Below the pieces are notes generated by a model. That model was not told where the DNA came from. It made no database searches and saw only the letters and a list, made by a program, of their open reading frames with translations. Made by a program: the position numbers and the translations under genes. Below, piece after piece: positions 59,475 to 64,000 of a stretch of 64,000 bases of DNA; position 1 is the first letter of the stretch; the number at the start of each line of letters is the position of its first letter. This DNA comes from the human T2T-CHM13v2.0 reference genome, Homo sapiens, in assembly GCF_009914755.1 (NCBI RefSeq), contig NC_060925.1. One strand, written 5' to 3'.

Positions 59475-60344
59475 ATGTCTGTGTGCTTTAACTCAATTTG
59501 GAATGACATTTGCTCTTCTCAGCATCTCTTAATTTGACTAGTCATTAACCTAAAGTGGAAATCTTGCGTATGATTCTATGTTTCCAGTAGGTGGTGGGGT
59601 GGTAGAACATGTGGATTCTGCTGACGCCCTCAGGGAGCTAGTGACTAGGAGGAACATTAACGTGCACTGCAGTGCAGCATAACTATGACTTTCTGAGCTC
59701 TTCATTTGACCTGCAGAGAAGGAGCAGTCCAATGGTTTGCCTGGTCTCACAAGGTTAGCAGGAGGCTCTAACTGAGCTGTTTCATGAGCGGTAGTCTCGT
59801 TGAACCAACTACATTACGAGTTTTTAGAGAGCAAATGGCATGCCTTATACTTTAAAAACGTATGCCACTTCTTTTAAAAACCCTTCTCTGTATCTGGCAC
59901 AGTATATGAAAGGAGTTTAAGATACACTTGATGAATTAATGAGAAACAGCTTCAGATTGGAAGTTCTGCAATTACTGTATTGTCATAAGCTCATTCCTCA
60001 AAGCGTTCAGGTTTGGGTGTACTCACTATGTCCCCTCGCCTGCATCCACTCAGATGTACCCCAGGGTAATCCTCCCATTTCCCACTGCAGGCGATTTCCA
60101 TTCGTGCGTCTAGCGTGGGGGGCCAGTGGCTAGTGAACCCGACCATCAAAACCAGAATCTTGAAGAGAATACAGAACTCTGAGCTGGATGATGATCTAAG
60201 GCACCACTTACACTGACATGCTAGTATGTGCAGGGTGAATGCATTTCTATATAACTCCTTTTGATAATAATTGTAGTTGACATATTTTAAGTGTCAATGA
60301 TGTACCATGATCCAAATCTGGATATACACTGTTACTTTTTCTTA

Positions 60345-60495
60345 GAGCACCATTTAGGTTAGGTATGAGCATTCCTATTTTACAAGTAAGGAAATCAAGT
60401 CTCAGGGCACATAGCAAGTAAGTAGCAGAACTGGGATTTGAACTCATGTCTCTCTGGCTCCACAGCCTGTGTTCCTGCCACCAAGGATACTGCTG
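60345..60495 (-). mobile_element. MIR
   Basis: 'cctattttacaagtaaggaaa...gcagaactgggatttgaactc'. Confidence 0.8.
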
Positions 60496-60697
60496 CTCTA
60501 AAAGCAGGAAACCAAAAACTAAAAAAAATTCAGTTCATAACAGATATACAAATGCACATCTGCTTTAAGAGGTTGTAATGTTGAAGAATTATTCTACATG
60601 CTCTTATACCCAACTATGTATATTTTTAATGGACTTAGGGCTTTCAGTTTCATAAATAAATATATCTTCTGCTCTTTATTGAAATTAAATTAAATCG

Positions 60698-61010
60698 TTT
60701 GTTTGCTTATTTACTTATTTATTGTAGAGACAGTGTCTGCTGTGTCACCCAGGCTGGAGTGCAGTGGTGCCATTATATCTCACTGCAGTCTTGAACTCCT
60801 GGGCTCAGCTATCCTCCCACCTGAGCCTCGCAAGTAGCTGGGACTACAGGCATGTGCCACTATCCTTGGCTAATTTTTTTTTTTTTTTTTTATAAAGACA
60901 GGGTCTCTCTATGTTGCCTAGGCTGGTCTCAAACTCCTGGCTTCAAGGGATTATCCCACTTCAGCCTCCCAAAGTATTAGGATTACAGGCCTGAGCCACA
61001 GCACCTGGCC
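60698..61010 (-). mobile_element. AluJ
   Basis: Full Alu with J-type 'cactgcagtcttgaactcctgggctca'. Confidence 0.94.
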
Positions 61011-61634
61011 TGCTATCTCATTTTATCTTCACAATAACCCAACGTATTATATAAGGCTGAAATTATTTGGATTCCAGACACAGATGGTAAAAACAAGGTT
61101 ATGAAAAGGTAAGTAACTTGCTCAAGGTAATTCCTCTGGAAAGAGGCAGACCTACTAACCTCTTCCATGTCTCTTCACTCTTCTCTATTTCATAAATAAC
61201 TCCCTGCATAGCAGAACTGGCCCATGTACCTAAAGACTGCTATGAGCCCATTGTGAGTTATCAGTCGCCATCATATAAAAAAGTCAATGGAGAAGCCATT
61301 GAGGTAATCCTGGGCCCCCATTTCCCTGTGCTACATTCTGTTTATGACTTTAACATGACTCTCAGGGTATTCATAGAATCATTCTGTATGGATATGGAAA
61401 TGTAGTTGGAGGATTTGCAGTTTAAATAGCCGCAGCATTTCTCCAAGTTTCAGCTTCAGATTCCTTTGTTGGGATGACATCTTTGACACAGCAGGAAACC
61501 TCTAAGTGATTTGGAATGTAAACAGGCTCCATGATTGTTTTCACAATTGTGTCTTAGCTGATAATTTGCATACCTAGCTGTCAGGCTACCTAGCAGTGCC
61601 CTCCCCTCCCCCATTTCCACAACACTATAAATGG

Positions 61635-61860
61635 AATCTGGGGAGGCTGCGTGGACTATTGACTTCCACTTAACAGTGGGTGGCAGGAATTCAGAAGTTT
61701 AATCCCAGACCTGCCTGCTACTAATTTCCTGGATGGCTTTTGGTTCATCCATTAATCTCTCTCTATCACTGTTTCCTTCTCTGGAGGAGATAGCAAGAAT
61801 AATGGGATGTTTTATGCATTAACACATTTATGATCCTAATGCGCTCTGTAAAAGCATGGT
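61635..61860 (+). mobile_element. Very old CORE-SINE (MIR3-like)
   Basis: Decayed 'caggaattcagaagtttaatcccagac...ctactaat...cattaatctctct...tgtttcctt'. Confidence 0.45.
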
Positions 61861-64000
61861 TTTCTGGGAATGCTCCACAGTAGAAGGTAAATAAAAAAAA
61901 AATCCAGTTCCTTGTTCTTTAATATGAAATATTGATGGAATCTATCTTTTTGTGACTGCCCTAGTTAGAAACTACAACTGAGATAGACTAAAGAACTGAG
62001 TGGTTTACTGTATGAAAAACACTGTATTTTCAAATGCTCCATCCTGGGCTACCAAATAATAATCACAGAGGTAACTGAAAGTAAGGATGAGTACATGAGG
62101 GTACTATTTTAGCATCAGGACTAATAAAATTAAAATCTCATACTTTCTCAAGAGGAGCATTTTCATTAGTCATGGTGGATATGAAGCTGAAACTGGTCTC
62201 ATTAGGACTCTGGCTGGAAGTACTTAATTTTTTTTTTTATAACACAACACTTTGGTTATGCATTTTACAAATATTTTACTGCATCAGTATGACTTATATG
62301 AGACCAGGGAGGACAAAATAACCTCTAAGATGTCATTCTGGATGAACTGCATTGCATATTCTCTAAGAAATGTCCTTGCCTATTTTGTCTCCATAAATTC
62401 TTCAGCCTCCTAGGAAGAGATGGGAAAGCTCTAAGGAGAACTCAAATCATGTGTGCAGTGACCCCATGCAAGATAGAATTAAAATGTGTTCAGTTATAAA
62501 ATTGCAGTCCAGTCCAATCTTATTTTTTAAAAATAATTCTACAATTTAAATGCGCTGGCTTGTTTTTACTCTTTGACATTTTCTTTATTCAAGGACTATT
62601 GTTTCTGACATAAGAACTGGGAAAGTTAGCAAATAATCAAAATTAGTTCATTTTTAAAGAAACCATCCAACTGCATAGATTTTTCTTTGTAAGGAAAATT
62701 ATAGTGTCTGTCATTTCAATGCATTACCAGCCAACCCAATCAAAGTGGACCATGTGGTTATATAAAAAAAATGTAACTGAAGATAAATCTGGGAAAAGCC
62801 TTGAGGAGAAAAGTTACTCAGAAACAGGCCATTTTGCAAACTATCCACATTGTGCCTTCAAAAATATCTCTTATTGGAAAATGATATGGAGGGTATCTGT
62901 CAATAGACCTGAATATTGCATCATGGAAGACACAGTGTGTAAAATGTAGCAAATGCAAGAACTTTTTTGGAATTTATTTTTTGGGTTTTCCCAATCCACT
63001 TATCCATAAATCATTTGTAATTAGTATAGTCAAGGGAATAGGTACACTACTCATGTGAACTTACGTGCAGTACACCAAAAAGCTATTTGATAAGATTAAT
63101 AATATAGCAGGAGACATGCAGTTTAGATTCATTTAAGTAGTAATGAATCCCATGTAACTTCAAAATTGAAAATGCCCTTTTAGAAACTTTCTGGTGATTG
63201 TGGTCTACGATATTCAGATCTACTTTCTTGTTAAAAGCAATAAAAATTGCTGGTTAAAAATTTCATTTAAAAATTAACTTTGAATTGCTGAAAGAATGAT
63301 GAGGAAATTCCAGGTCAATTTATGGGTGAAAGTCTGTATCCAGACAGGTAGCTAGAATATTGGCATATACAGGCTTCTTATGCCCTTATGCTATTTGTCC
63401 ATGCAACACATTTAGATTTGGGTTAGTGGCTCAGTGGAGTAAGAGGGACAAAAGTCAAGACCCAAGTCATGTTGAAGTTGGAGAGCTTTATGGGATATTC
63501 TCCCTAATTAAGTTGGCACTCAAAGAGCTACAGACTTAGGGCTGAACGAGGACTAAACTCACTCTTTTCCCCTTAATTTTAAGGTGTGTAGAAGAAAGTT
63601 TATCCATGCTGAGCACAGCAGTAGAAGAGAAGGATGTGAGGGAAAAATTTAAAACAGAAATCCCTATCTCTGAGATAGCTACAGACTGGTACAGATTTGT
63701 AGCCTGGACATATATAATCTGGGTGAGCGTAGATCTCAAGCCTTGGTTTGAGATAGTGCATGCATAGTAGTATACTAGATGCCTGGCAGAAAGCAAATAC
63801 AAATGCTCTGTGGTGCAAAGAATTACTCATCCTAGGTTGCAGGTTATTTTTCAGGGACAATGATCAGCACGTGTTCAAAGATAACTAGACACCAAAGCAA
63901 ACAAGGTGACATGAGTGATAACTAGCAAAAACAACAGACAACAGCAGAAATAGGTCAGCCCAGATATCATATTTGGGATTATTAGGCATAGATTATAAAA

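Noticed and set aside
63400-63600. Faint resemblance to LF-SINE
   Set aside because: The similarity is too weak to call by eye and needs an HMM search.

Overview
This window is primate (human-like; AluJ, AluS and AluY present), AT-rich, repeat-dense intergenic or intronic DNA. I can recognise no intact protein-coding gene. The only gene-derived sequence I recognise is a full-length, intronless, disabled retrocopy of RAMAC (FAM103A1, RNMT-activating mini-protein) on the minus strand at ~25084-26298. It sits inside an ancient L1 that carries five nested insertions (15.5-27.1 kb). The rest is retrotransposon and DNA-transposon relics: old L1s, about 12 MaLR/ERVL solo LTRs, about 12 Alus, MIR/L2/CR1 fragments and hAT MITEs. 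I found no evidence of a new multi-gene biological system. The most unusual object is a TSD-bounded chimeric retro-insertion at 38688-39226: a full-length tailless Alu fused to an antisense-Alu stub plus ~200 nt of unique polyadenylated sequence. Other mechanistic oddities are a twin-primed inverted L1, an L1 insertion with a target-site deletion, a short templated insertion inside an L1, and an LTR nested in an LTR. Repeat subfamily calls come from recalled consensus sequences, and most boundaries of old repeats are approximate.
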